From: Toensbergia leucococca
Taxonomy: Eukaryota
Reading direction: 5' to 3'
Length of the DNA: 64,000 nucleotides
NCBI GenBank assembly: GCA_022813965.1
Contig: JALDZS010000071.1
Coordinates: 1 to 64,000, forward strand
In this document: positions 38,501 to 50,791 of the stretch, one piece after another
How positions within the stretch are numbered: position 1 is the stretch's first letter
Layout: each line of letters begins with the position of its first letter
Notes under the pieces: generated by a model
Seen by the model: the letters and a program-made list of their open reading frames with translations, nothing else
What the model was told of the DNA's origin: nothing
Databases searched by the model: none
Program-made: the position numbers and the translations under genes

Positions 38501-39412
38501 CGAGCAGAAGCAGCAAGACCGTGCGTGCTTTTCTTCGACGAATTCGATAGCATCGCACCGAAGCGGGGTCATGATTCTACCGGTGTCACAGACCGCGTTG
38601 TCAACCAGCTTTTGACGCAGATGGATGGGGCCGAAGGCCTTTCGGGAGTCTATGTTCTAGCTGCAACCTCCAGACCTGACCTGATCGATCCCGCTCTTCT
38701 GCGGCCTGGCCGGCTGGACAAGTCTCTCATCTGCGATCTCCCCAGCCTCGACGACCGTGTAGACATTCTCCTTGCCCTTAGCAAGAAACTCAACCTCAGC
38801 CCAAAAGTTCTCGAAGGCCCCATTCACCACGAAAGTCTCTCCGAAGTCGCACGTCGCACAGAAGGCTATTCAGGCGCGGACCTACAAGCTGTGATCTACA
38901 ACGCCCATCTCGAAGCCATCCACGACGTCCTCGGCGACCACAGCGCAGCAGGCAAAACAAATGGCACGAAACCCAACCCTTCCAAGAATAGCACGAAGTC
39001 CCCCCCATCCCACAGCACCTTTCTCCAATTCCGCTACGGTTCAGATCTCGACAGCAAAGACCCTATCCTGCTCCCTACAAACCAATCCACGCCTCCCGCC
39101 CTCATAGCAGCCAAGCTCTCCGCCCTCAAACTCGCCAAGCGAAAAGAGCGCCATCTCCTCCGCTCCGTCGACGCCTCTACAAGCAACCCCAAGCACGCCG
39201 CCAACGACACCGATGGTAAAACGAGACCCCAAGAAGTCATCATCCAATGGCCTCACATCGAGGCCTCGTTGGCCGTGACGCGCAGTTCGGTCTCGAACGA
39301 GGAGAGGAGGCGTTTGGAAGGGATTTATCGCGAGTTTGTGGTTGGGCGGAATGGGGAGATGCCGAGTGGGCAGGGCCCGACTGAGGTGGGGGGCAGGAGT
39401 AGTTTGATGTGA
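35549..39412 (+). CDS. PEX1: Peroxisome biogenesis AAA ATPase Pex1
   Basis: N-terminus LKSCLINLPSSLV, YVGWTGMPS, IEPETPGDWE; D1 GGLGSGKT; D2 LRLRSGLLLYGYPGCGKT, FFDEFDSIAPKRGHDSTGVTDRVVNQ; C-terminal GGRSSLM. Confidence 0.96.
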
Positions 39413-40003
39413 GGATTGGTTGGGAGCTTGGGGGCTTGGGGTGTAGGAAGAGAGACGTGCGGGCTTTGGCAGATTGTTTTGGGGGTGGCCGGATTAGGGC
39501 GTGTGATGGATGTAGATTACTGATGATAATAAAGGGGTTCCTTCATTTTTTGCATCTAATGCCGACTTTTTTCCCCACTTTGGGGATCCCCCTCACCCCG
39601 AACCTATATCTAGGAACGCAAAAATTGTTACGGGAAATGAAATGCGCAGGATTTGGAGTCTTGGACTGTTTCTAGAATACGTGTGGCGGGGGGGATTTTT
39701 TTTTTTTTGAACTCTGCGAGGATGGAGATGGGAGATATAGGTGTGAGCGTTTGTTCCCCGAATTTGGGGGGTGTGGGGGAGAGGGGCCTATGGCGGAGGG
39801 GAGGGGAGGGGAGCGTCGGGGGAGGTTTCATTGTCTCTCAAGAAAATCAGACTTTGTTCCCAATCTTCTCGCTCACCAGCCATCTCTCCCTCTCACACAG
39901 GCGCCCGAATCCATATTTTTTTTGTTCTTTGTCTTTTGATTCTCATAACAACTCGGGGACCCAGATTCTCAAAAAAAGCCCAATGAAATCATCCAAATCC
40001 TAC

Positions 40004-41926
40004 CTATGCACCCAAATGGACATCACAAAACCGACGTACCCGCTTCAGCGAATCCAAAACATGTCCTCTCTCAGCCACCATATGCCCCTCCCTCGGATAC
40101 GTGACCATCTCGCAGGGAACGCCGTAGTGCAAACAACCGCGATGAAAAGCCACCGCCTGCGTCACCGGCACCCGTGCATCCTGTTCTCCATGCAGGATCA
40201 AGATCGGCGTCCTGACATCTTTCGTGTTCCAAATCGCACTGCCTCGCCTCCCTCTGACATCCTCTTTCCCCGTCTCCCACGGCACCGAACCCACCAGATC
40301 GGCCTCGTAGAAAGGCGCGTCGGAAGTCATGGACATCATGTCCCAGTCCGACACGCCGGCGCCGCAGACCGCGGCCTGGAAGTGGAAGTCTGGGCGAGTG
40401 ACGGCGAGGTAGGAGAGGAAGCCGCCCTGGGACCAGCCGCCGATGGCGACTCTTTGCTCGTCGACCAGGCCTTTGGAGATGGCGGCTTTGACCGTGCAGA
40501 TAACGTCGTCGTAGTCAACCGTGCCCATTCCGCCCCTAGCTGCGCTCGCAAAATCCTCGCCACGGGAGCTGCCGCCGCGGTAGTTGGGGCAGAGGACGGT
40601 GTAGCCGGCTGAGACGAGTAGAGCGGTCCAGTTAAACCAACACGTATGGAAGGAGACGGTGACGCGGTAATAGGGGCCCCCGTGGACGAGCACAACCGCT
40701 GGGAATGGCTTTTGCTGAGAGGGTTTCGAAGGCGTAATGACGACCCCATCAAGTTCGGTGCCATCTTTTGCGGTGCAGTAGAATGGCTCAGCGTTACCAA
40801 TTTCGAACTTTCCGACCGAAGCGCCGTGTTGGGAGAGCTGGTAAGTAGTGCCATCTTTTACGGAGAAGATTTCCGTTGGAGAAGCGGCAGAGCTTTTTGC
40901 TATGGTTAGGATAGGTTTTTCCTCGCTATAGACGATATCCCAGGTTGATATCTCATGTATTTCGTCATAGAGCATGGAGCCATCCAAATTGTGTATCTGA
41001 TCCGAAAGCCCCGATTGCACTTGCACCGCGACTGAGTCTTTCGTGCACCGCAGGCCTCTAGCACAATTTCGAACTCCGTAAGAACATTTCGACCAAGACT
41101 TTTCGCACAAAGAAAGCTTGTAAATCATAAGCGAACTATTCGACTTGGTCGGTACAAACCCAGCTACAAAGAAAATGTCTGTCTTGGACCATACGAGTTG
41201 ATGGACTGACCCTGGAAAGGCACACACGTGGGAAGATTTCCTGCTTGAAAGAGACACTCGTTCGAAATTGACGCCTTTGTACCCGGAGGAATTGATATCG
41301 GGAGTCTCGTGCAAAAGGTAGGCGATCTCAGTTGATTCGGGACTCCACGCAAATTCTTTCACATGGGCGTCTTTTGCATAGAGGGCGGAAATTTCTCGAG
41401 TCGAAACATGGAGACATCGCAATCGATTGAATTCCCAGTCCTCTCCATACAGCTTGGCATCGTTCTTCTCCTTCTCCTGGGCTTCCTTTTCGGCCGTCTT
41501 TTCATCCGAGCTGAGAAAAGCGATGAAACGTCCGTTAGGACTCCAGCTGAAAGAGGAGATAGGCTTCTTGTTGTCTGATTCAGAGACGGGATATGCCTCC
41601 CCGCCTTGCAATGAAAGGAGATAGATTGCCGAAGACTCGCCGTGCTTGGCTCGATCAGATACGAAAGCGATAGTCTGGTTATCTGGAGCCCATTGTGGGA
41701 GAGCATCATTGAAGAGCCCTGCCGTTAATTGGCGAGCCGAATGCTCTTTTCCGACATCGGCAATCCATAGGGAAGAGACAGGGTAGTCTCCTTTCCTTGC
41801 GACGCAGCTTAACGTGTATACGACTTGTCGTCCGGATGGTGAGATGCGTACATCATCTGGGCTCTCCAAGTCAACCAAGGCCTCTGCAATTAGTTTTTGC
41901 GATTGACCATCAGTGGCAGGAAGCAT
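40004..41926 (-). CDS. S9-family serine peptidase (dipeptidyl aminopeptidase/acylaminoacyl peptidase-like), intronless
   Basis: N-terminal beta-propeller repeats (PQWAPD, FSWSPNG, FAWSPE); VHGGP, PNYRG, catalytic GWSQGG, HGEQDARVP (Asp) and YPREGH (His). Confidence 0.92.
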   Translation of the reverse strand: MLPATDGQSQKLIAEALVDLESPDDVRISPSGRQVVYTLSCVARKGDYPVSSLWIADVGKEHSARQLTAGLFNDALPQWAPDNQTIAFVSDRAKHGESSAIYLLSLQGGEAYPVSESDNKKPISSFSWSPNGRFIAFLSSDEKTAEKEAQEKEKNDAKLYGEDWEFNRLRCLHVSTREISALYAKDAHVKEFAWSPESTEIAYLLHETPDINSSGYKGVNFERVSLSSRKSSHVCAFPGSVHQLVWSKTDIFFVAGFVPTKSNSSLMIYKLSLCEKSWSKCSYGVRNCARGLRCTKDSVAVQVQSGLSDQIHNLDGSMLYDEIHEISTWDIVYSEEKPILTIAKSSAASPTEIFSVKDGTTYQLSQHGASVGKFEIGNAEPFYCTAKDGTELDGVVITPSKPSQQKPFPAVVLVHGGPYYRVTVSFHTCWFNWTALLVSAGYTVLCPNYRGGSSRGEDFASAARGGMGTVDYDDVICTVKAAISKGLVDEQRVAIGGWSQGGFLSYLAVTRPDFHFQAAVCGAGVSDWDMMSMTSDAPFYEADLVGSVPWETGKEDVRGRRGSAIWNTKDVRTPILILHGEQDARVPVTQAVAFHRGCLHYGVPCEMVTYPREGHMVAERGHVLDSLKRVRRFCDVHLGA

Positions 41927-42439
41927 TTGATTGAATATATGTGGTCCAAGATTAAGACCAAGTTAAATACGCTGAGCAGTGTGAATCGATCGATACTGTC
42001 CTATGGCGTACAGATCCATTGATGCTTATGGAATGATGGCATATATATAGTACATGTAGGAGGAACATGGCAGGATGATAAACAAATCCGCGATGGTATC
42101 ACTAATGACGTAGCTTGATGCTGGAGGATTCGGCGGAGGCCATTCGGGAAAATTAAGGTAGCTTGTATGCTGACCTAAAACAGCATAAGTAACGATGATT
42201 ACGTATCTAGGTAGGTATACGTTGGTGCCTACCTCGCTTTCGCTGGTGGGATGGAGGCGGCGAGATTGAGGTCTGGAGTGGGGATACACGAAACACGAAA
42301 GCGTCATAAGCAATCGAGGAATATATGCTCACAACTCATGATTCATTGTCGTCGACGTCAGTCGCTCGAGAGTCCATGTCACCAGTGGAACACTGAAACA
42401 TCATTGAACCTGTGAATCTGCTGCCCTCCCAACCTTGAA

Positions 42440-43330
42440 TTGGTCTCCACCAGTGGAAATCTGCTGGGCCAAATTGATACTGCTCAGTTCCCACGATTAC
42501 CATCAGAGGAGCCTGCTATTTTCGGCCACGGGCTTTCTTGCCGATGGAAAAGCCAGTACAATGAAAGGCAGTTGGGGGGAATGTGTGTTAGTATGAGTAG
42601 CTATGGAAACACGCTTGATGTGGTGAATATCCTCGGCGAAAAGTCTCCATTTGGGATAGAGCTGGACAATACTTTACGTGACTTCCATTACTCGACTGCA
42701 AGGCTTCGCCGGCACTGTGGGTTGGCTTGAGTATTGCTCGAAAGAGAGAGTTGTAGCTCTGGAAAAGGCGAGTCAATCCCATTCCTCGACGAAAAACAGC
42801 ATTTGGGCCGCTTTGAAACGGAAATCTGGCATAGCCATTCTTGCTGATCTCCTATCAATGCTGAAGCGGAGAGGTCAATGCATTTGTCACAGTATCACAG
42901 CAGACTGGCCTGAGGACGGGCGGAGACGGACACTAGAAAAGCCTGGATTCCTAAAAGAGTTGACTTGTTCCTAAACGACCAATTGATCTGGAATGTCTCT
43001 ACCGTCCTAGACGCACTCGCCGTCAAGGCTAAGGACATTGCCTTTGTTGGAGGTAGCCTAAGCCGAGATATATGCTTTCAGCAATAGGTAGGTACCTTAG
43101 AGCAAGGTATGTTCTAGCAGTACACTACGACAAGAATGGAAACGCTTCTTTGGAACTGACAGATATCAAAAACACGGAAATGGCTTCTCGAATGCTGAGA
43201 TTTGAATTTGAAACTTTGTACCTGGGATTTACCTACCTCCCACCTCCTTCCTGCGTGCTACGTCTACCATGGACAATGCCGAAAGATAGCGTTGTTGATT
43301 GCATAACCGAATTGAAGGACCGGAATTGAC
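42440..43330 (+). pseudogene. Possible decayed gene fragments
   Basis: Three successive short plus-strand ORFs (42440-42730, 42678-42974, 43072-43329) with protein-like composition but no recognisable motif. Confidence 0.2.
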
Positions 43331-43687
43331 TTGTTATCAATCGGGACTAGTTCATGTGCGTTGCGGTCGTTGCATGAAGCTTGTCCGTGGGTCATGCATT
43401 ACCAAATATGACGAAAGCTGCATGTGACTTCGTCGATTGGTTTCAACTACTCAATCCACTGGCAATTAGTCCCAAAGAGGACGACACCAATGGCGAGATC
43501 TCGGTGGCATCTGGCTAACGTGGCCATCACGCGGTGCCAAGCTTGTCTAGGCTTGGAGCGGGAATGTTCTGGAATAAAAGAAGCCCTAAGCGAGCAACGC
43601 TCTGACCCCTTTCTTATCCCAACCTCTCTTTTCATTAGGCAGTACGTGAGGAGGTAAGGTCGACAACACTTGGACCTCTCCTTCGAT

Positions 43688-43736
43688 CTACCTAGGCTCC
43701 TACCTAGGCTCCTACCTAAGCTCCACCTAGGCTCCT
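43688..43736. repeat. 12-bp tandem minisatellite (CTACCTAGGCTC) x4
   Basis: CTACCTAGGCTC CTACCTAGGCTC CTACCTAAGCTC C-ACCTAGGCTC read directly. Confidence 0.9.
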
Positions 43737-44295
43737 AAGGAACAAGGTCGCCCCATAAGAGCCCTCGAACGTTCATCAACATGGGAAGCCTAGTGAAACC
43801 TCCACCTTTGCCGCTCCTCACATTTATGTTTTTGCGGGGCTGGCTCCTTCTTCCCGGCCTCCCGTCGTCGTTTCATTGGTAGAAACTCTACGAATACAAG
43901 TCGTGCAGGACCATTCAGGTGGGAATTCTAGCAGCAAGTCTAGTAGCCCAATGATCTACTGCCATCGTCCCAGTCCCACTCTACCACCGCCACCAGCTGT
44001 CATCTAACGTACCGTGCTTCCCGCCTCTGCTTGTTTTAGTCGTGCTTCAGTCATTTAAAAAGTTTGCGACTCTCCTCTGCAGCCGAGGACATCTCCACCG
44101 GTCAATTTAACCATCTGCTTCGTGGCCTTGTATAACATTGCTTTCTTGCTGTTCATTTCTTCATTTTGATTTCTTTCTCGTTTTCTTCACGCAATTTGCT
44201 TTACTCTGTGAAAGCTGTTGATATCACGTTGAAATCTTTCCGAGGAACACGGGCAACACGAATGAACATCACTTACTCGTGTGTACACGGGCAAC

Positions 44296-45674
44296 ATGAC
44301 CGATCGTATAGTCAAGATACATCAAGTCGAGATCATTTCCATCAGCACAGTCCTACTCGTACTTGGCATTGGCTCATATTGCCTCCGTCTCTATGCCCGA
44401 TATATCTCAGCCGCCCGGCTTTGGTACGATGATTACTTCATGGGCGCCGGCCTGGTAAGAACTATACCATAGTGACATTGCTCCAAGCTCATGTGTTGAT
44501 AGTTGGTCGGATGCACTCCCCCAGTTTGCAACTTGATCAGTCAGTCCCATCCTTATATCAGGAACCTTTGAGGAATGATCGCTGTGCTGATTAAAACAGG
44601 TGTACACTTCGGTTTGGGAGAACACTTGATCCCCGTACTAGAGCACAGTCTCGGAGAAGCTTTTACCTTTTTGAAAGTGTGCTTCTCTTCCTCTTTCTTA
44701 GTACCAATTTTTGAAATGTGCTGATTCATGCCCAAGCTTATGTTCGCCATCATGTCATCCTGGTTACTCGCAATGGTTCTCATCAAAACAGCTATGCTTC
44801 TCCTCCTTTGGCGCCTGTTCCCGGATCGGAAATTCCAGGTGGCCATATACTCCGTCGCGGCATTTGTGGGAGTTTGCTTCTTGTCTCTCTTCATTGCGCT
44901 GCTACTTCAATGCCGACCCCTCAGTGCATTCTGGAACCCAACAACCACGGCAGGTTGTTTCGATCTGTACAGGTTCTATGTTGCATCAGCCGCTATCAAT
45001 TTGGCGTCAGATATGGTTGTTCTTGCTCTACCCATGCCTATGGTATGGAGTCTTCAGTTGTCCTTTAGACGCAAGATTGCTCTTTCCTTTGTGTTCCTTG
45101 TAGGTGGCTTGTGAGTAATGTCCTGTTCATATTGTTCTCAACACGCAATGTCAGCGCAGGTTCCGCTGAAGTTTTCTCTCAGTGTTTGCATTATTGGTGT
45201 CCTCCGCCTGATTGCTATGAAAGACATTGACTTCAATGATGTAACATGTAAGTGCTTCTTTCGTCCTTGACGAAAAAGGATTACCCGTTAATGTTTTCTT
45301 CAGGGTCCCTCGTAGCCCCAACGCTATGGACAAGCGCGGAAGTGCAAATGAGTGTCGTTGGCGCCAACCTTGCCTCTATGCGGCCACTGTACGTTCGCTG
45401 GTTCGGAAGGAATGCCTCAACAGAATCGAGCAGGAATACGCCCAGGTTCGAAATCCGGTCTCTGAAACCTTACGTATCTTTATCCGGCAAGAAAAGCGGC
45501 AATCATTCAAAGAATAGCGGTGGCCCAAGTAAGCTTTCGAGTAATAGTGACACCTTGTTCTCCTCCATGTCGGGGAGGGACGACAGCTGGATCGAGTTGG
45601 AGGAGGGTCTGCCGGTGCATGACACGGCGGACAAAACACGGACCAAGGTACAGGTGCGAGACCGCTCTCGTTGA
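44296..45674 (+). CDS. PTH11-like (fungal rhodopsin-domain) integral membrane protein, no CFEM domain
   Basis: LRLYAR..LWYDDY, GLGEH, IKTAMLLLLWRLF, QCRPLSAFWN, NLASDMVVLALPMPMVWSLQL, WTSAEVQMSVVGANL; several introns. Confidence 0.88.
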
Positions 45675-45987
45675 AGCATGTGGTGGGTGCGATATCGAAG
45701 TAGCGCGTCGAGGATACTATAGAGTTCTGATCCTGTTCAACCTGGAAGGTTCTTTATTTTTTTGGGCTATGCATTATGTTATTCATGTGGTTCATGGAAT
45801 ATATACCCCTTGGGATTCGGGACCCGGCCGTGAGAATCAGGTGGCATTATCGGGGGCGTTATCAGGCACTGTTTGTATATAGATTTTCTCAAAGCATATT
45901 TCATCGGCCTACATCGTCGAAGAAATCTACGTCCCATATCTGGGTTGCCCATGTTTCCCTACGAGTAGGGAGTTCTGCCTCGACTTA

Positions 45988-46117
45988 CTGTATAATCTGT
46001 CATGTAAGATATGGTCGGTTTACAGGATACTACTGGAGTATAAGATATGAGTTTTAATTGATCCTTCAGATATTAAACAGACTATAAGACTAGCATCTCA
46101 TATGACAGATTGTACTG
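45988..46117. mobile_element. 130-bp MITE with TIRs and TA target-site duplication, short copy
   Basis: TA|CTGTATAATCTGTCATGTAAGAT ... ATCTCATATGACAGATTGTACTG|TA; homologous to both ends of 31282-31835. Confidence 0.82.
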
Positions 46118-46119
46118 TA

Positions 46120-48700
46120 CTTAGGCAATAATCATCATGTCAACAAAGTGCTCAGCAATGATAATTCAGCTGTTACATGCTATCAACTATACAAAAATCT
46201 GTTCTTATTAATTTGCAGTACCTCAGTCAGATCTTGCATAATAAAGATTGAGATTCATCTATTTATGCGTTGAACAATATTTGCAAATATGACATTGAGA
46301 AAGTCTATGATTGCAATAATCAGTCATCTCACTCTCATCATCAACTTGATCTCATTCATGCACAGCTCATAGTGACGCAAATTGATGATCTCAGCTTTTT
46401 TCAAATGTGATATTTGCTGTGTGTGTTAAATTGTCATGTTTGAAGTAGCTAGTAAAGTTTTTTTTTTAAAAAAAAGGGATGAGTAAGAAGACTTTTCTTT
46501 CATTCTGAGTATTTACTTTACAAATGCTATTTTCATTCATTTGTGCTTTGTGATGACTTAAATTCACAAACTCTTCAAAGAAAATTTTTTGCAGAAAAGT
46601 CAGACAGTCAGCAAATTTGACAGAGAGAAAGAAAGGGGTTTCTTGTGTTGTGACTCAATCACACATCTGACACATTGTGTGTGAACAACAGAACCTTTTT
46701 TGATGTGTAACCTTCTTTCTTTCATGACTTTTTTCTTTTTTTCAAAACCTGAACATTGATAAGATTTTTTTTCTGATCACAAATTGTAATATATATAGCC
46801 TGACATGATAGCGCTGCACATGTAAAAATATAGTGACTCAATAAAAAAATGAACAAATGAATGAATATTAAAAAAAAAGTCATGCTGAAAGCTGTTCTTT
46901 TAAATTTGAATTTTTGTGATAATTCTTCATGCACGTTCAGCTCAAGTTCCCTAATGACCGGATGTGATTCTTCAAGTCTCACATATTTTGAGATCATATA
47001 AAAAAATTCTTAATCTTGAGTTTTTGAGGGGTTGATGAGGGGAAGGGAGTGAGATAAAAGATTTTTTTTTTTTGTTTCAGTGAAGAGAGGGGTTGGATGA
47101 GTGAGGTGAGGTGAGGGGGGTCTGAGATAGATGGGGAATGTCCCTCTCTTCCACCTGCATGCTCCGCCTTTCCCTCCCCTTCCTGCTCCGCCTTTTCCCT
47201 CACTCCCCCCTTATCCCCAGCAACACTATCCCCACCACCTAACCTGATTCCACCCGCCTTTCACTCCTCCTCCCCTCACCGTCTCTCTGTCAGTCACTGT
47301 CACGCAACGCGCCACACACGCAACCCACGCCCCGCCCTCTCTCTCCTCATCAAAGTTGTCAATCACCTCAGCTCTTCACCATTAATTCAATCGCCCCCTC
47401 CCCTCCCTAATACACAAGGCATAGTAAATCTGTTCTTCACAAAATCTGCAAAGGCCGTTCTTTCAACTCAATCTCACCCTTATTTAGCTGTCTGAGCTTC
47501 ACTCTCTCAGAAACTGTCTTGTATAATAAATCTCACTGTTTTGCATAAAGTCAGTGCTGATTGAGAAAGATACATGCACTTGAGAAAGGATCTGAGAGTT
47601 GTTCAGCTCTTTTCAGTAGTTGAAGAAGAAAAAGAAAAGTTCATTTGCAGAGTAAGCAGATTGCTGTCCCTCTGATACATGCTGACAAGGGGGGTTTTTG
47701 TTGAGAGGAGTGATAGCGAGGATCTTTCAAATTTCGTTCTTGAAGCTACTACACTGTAAATCTTATCAGGCTGTGTGAATTTGAGTCGAGGGTAATGATT
47801 TCATGTTCCGGCCTTGACTCATGGAATGTTGACTTTCAGTGTGAATGACTTCAATGGTGAAAAAAGAACATGCACTTGAACATCTATCAGAACTGAGAAA
47901 ACGGATTGTGAAAGTCATGATGCAGCTGATTTAGGTACTCGTTATCAGGATATTTACTCCTGGAAATCTAAGCATGATTTACACTTACCCAGCACCAAGA
48001 AAACATCATCTTCGTCAAGAATTAAATCATAGAATGAAAGGTGCTGAGAGAGCCAATTTTTCTTCTCTTGAAACTTTGAAATGGGGGGTTTTGATCTCTA
48101 ATGTTGTTTCCGCCGGGTTTCTTGAAAACTCAATCTTTGGGTAAAGTTGTAGAAACTTTAAAAGTCATTTCTTTTTTGTGCTGAAGGGAAGAGATGAGGA
48201 TGCTAGGGGTTTTGATGAAGGCTTTTGTTTGGGGGAAATTTTGGTGGTTTAGAAGCCCCAGTTCACGATGGGATAATTGGGTTAGCATGCAGATTTTCTT
48301 AATTTTTTGAGAACTTTTTTTTGTGGGGGTGGGGCTGGGGGGGAGGGTTTGATATCATGTCTGAGAAGCTTGAGACAATCTCTTTCTCTTCTCGAAATTG
48401 AGATTGATTGCCGTTTCCGGGAGTGAACGACATAAGTTCCAGGGTTCTGAAAACCCAAGAGTTGGGGCGATTTGGTTAGTTCAAGTCGAAATTTTCGGGA
48501 AGAAGGGATGGGTGGTGTAGGTGGTTTTTGAATCGGGACTTCTTGGTTCTTGGAAGGAGTAGGCGATGGGGATGGGAAGGCAAAAACAGATGTTAATTTA
48601 GTGATAAATAGTTGAAAGATTATGCATAAGTCCTTTTGTTCTTGTGTATCTGGCGGATAGGATTTGGAGGAAGACTCTTGGTTTTTCAGCATTCAGTGTC
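46120..48700. mobile_element. AT-rich degenerate repeat / decayed-gene region (RIP-like)
   Basis: CpG-poor, TCA/TGA-rich sequence with homopolymer runs and no intact ORF; possibly a composite of several relics. Confidence 0.5.
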
Positions 48701-48850
48701 CCCGGTGAAGCGCATCGAACAACTCTCCCTTCTCCCCAGATAGGTCAGACAAAATGATGCATTTAATTAGACAGCTGGAAACAGAAATTATAGCATTGAT
48801 ACTTGTTCCCGTTAGATTAAACATCTCTTGGGTCATCCAAAACAAAAGTT

Positions 48851-49444
48851 TTACCCAGACCGCGACACCCACGGGATGGCCAGTTGGTGCGGGCCCCCAT
48901 TGTTTTGTTGCCTGAGTATAATATACATACCCACGATGCCCTCGGAAATGAAACTCTCGCTCGCGGTAAAAATGGCGTCGATCAGCGTGTCCGGACTGCC
49001 ATTAGAGCCCGCTTGCCAAAGCTCGAAATAAACTATTTCCCAGAAAAACTAGGTTAGCAAGATGGAGGGACTTTGGACGGGTGCTCTTCGGGGTGGTTTA
49101 TATATGGGGAAACACTTACTGATTGCGGCGGCGGCGGGACCGGACACAAACCACGGGGCCCAGTTGAAGACGTAGGTTCCTTGAGGGAGGTAAAAAGTCG
49201 GCGTGGGAATACCATTGACCACGGTATGTCTACCTAATGGGTTGAGGTACAGACACGTTGTTGGGTCGAAGCGGCGGAGTTTGTTGCTTGGGGGAGTGGT
49301 AGAGACGGCGCTGCAGAGTGGGGCGGGCGGGCCGGTGTTGAGGCAGAAACCGTCGAGACAAATAGGGTCGTCGGGGGTGGGGAGGGCATGGATTGGTAGG
49401 GTCAAGGTGAAGAGGGGAATGAGTGGAAGGAGGGAGAAGCGCAT
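48851..49444 (-). CDS. Small secreted Cys-containing protein (effector-like), 2 exons
   Basis: Signal-peptide-like MRFSLLPLIPLFTLTLPIHA-LP; four Cys; KLRR dibasic site. An intron GTAAGT..GCTAACCTAG (~49120-49049) continues the frame as IFWEIVYFELWQ..WVSRSG*. Confidence 0.7.
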
Positions 49445-50791
49445 TGTGGGGGAGAGAGGGAGGTTTGGGGAGTGGCAGGTTGGACTTATTCGTGAAGATG
49501 TTGAGCTGGCGAGACGTTGCTGGTATGTAATATATACTAGAAATAGTCAGGCATTCTATTCATCTCGGGCAGATTTGGATGAGACAGGTCAAGTATCAAA
49601 GTCAGGATATTGACAACAACGGCTTCGATTAAATGAGGCTGTGTTGGACTGTTGCACGCTCGGGTTTGGTTTCGGGTTGTTTTGGGACGGATCGCATATC
49701 AACCGGATTGTTTCATCTTGAAGCGAACGCTTTTTCTCGGATAACTTGAGGCTTGCATGCTGTCTCTCTTGATGATTGATTGCAAGATATAGTCGGTGCG
49801 CCTGATAGCAGTATCAAGGGAGTATAGTCAAACCATTATAGACTGTAGGAATATGATAAGACACGTATCGATACATAATCGCAAATGAACGACTTTGCTT
49901 TCAAATAGTAGATGGCATGTCTAGTAAATACCTTGTCCTCGATCTATTGAGATTCTTTCTATGTCGGTTGGCCCGTCTAACGGGCTTCTAGATGTGGATA
50001 ATGGCGGTTGATCCTTGCTGGAATTTAGAGCTTAGAAAAAACCATCGTCTCCCATTCTATATCAATGCATCGGGCTCTTCTTGCTAGTACCCATGCATCT
50101 CAGCAATCTGATCATAATACCTGCATATCCCGCCCAAGCGGACATTCTTTGCTTTTGGATAATGGGCTGGATATGTAAATGAAGAGGAGATACTTCTTGC
50201 GTGGGTGGCCTTGAGCATGAGTCATGAGTGTAACCCCTGCATATCTGACAGAAAGTAAAGGATTGGGAATGATGAAGAGATGGTTGTATCCATCTCACTT
50301 AAGATATAAGAGGTTGATGTTCTTTTTCGCAGACTGATTGTTTCTCGGGGGACTTGGTTGAGGGGTCTAGCCTCATCGAGCTAGGATAGAATTTGAGCAT
50401 TTTACTCTAGCCCTGAACGCCGATTCGAAACTGGCATCCGGCAGCGGACGGCGGGAGCGGGAGCAAAGAGATGTTGTGGGCGGGGCGTAGGGGACTAGGA
50501 AGATGGGTACGGGAGGGGGGTGTAATTGCATTCAGTGTTAGGGTGGATGGGTTGGGATGGGGTTGGGTGGGATAGGATGGAAAGGTTTAGGGTATGTATG
50601 TATTCGAGAGAGGGGGAAATGCTGGTGATGATTGGACGAAAAGGAGAAAGGATGAACAACAGAGCTAGATACCTGATAACGACGTCTTTAGCTAGAAGCT
50701 ACACAGCTCAACCACAGCCTACGTTCTCAAACCGCCAAAGCACCCACACCCCTCCTCATCTCCCACCCATCCCCCAACTCACCAAGTCCGC

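Noticed and set aside
39653..40612. 319-aa plus-strand ORF and other long antisense ORFs (e.g. 6559-7086, 21087-21683, 52793-53182)
   Set aside because: Shadow frames opposite well-supported genes, with no motifs.
43688..43736. CRISPR-like array
   Set aside because: Contiguous 12-bp units without spacers, in a eukaryotic context.
50340..50450. tRNA-like sequence around GATTCGAAAC
   Set aside because: I could not build a cloverleaf or acceptor stem.
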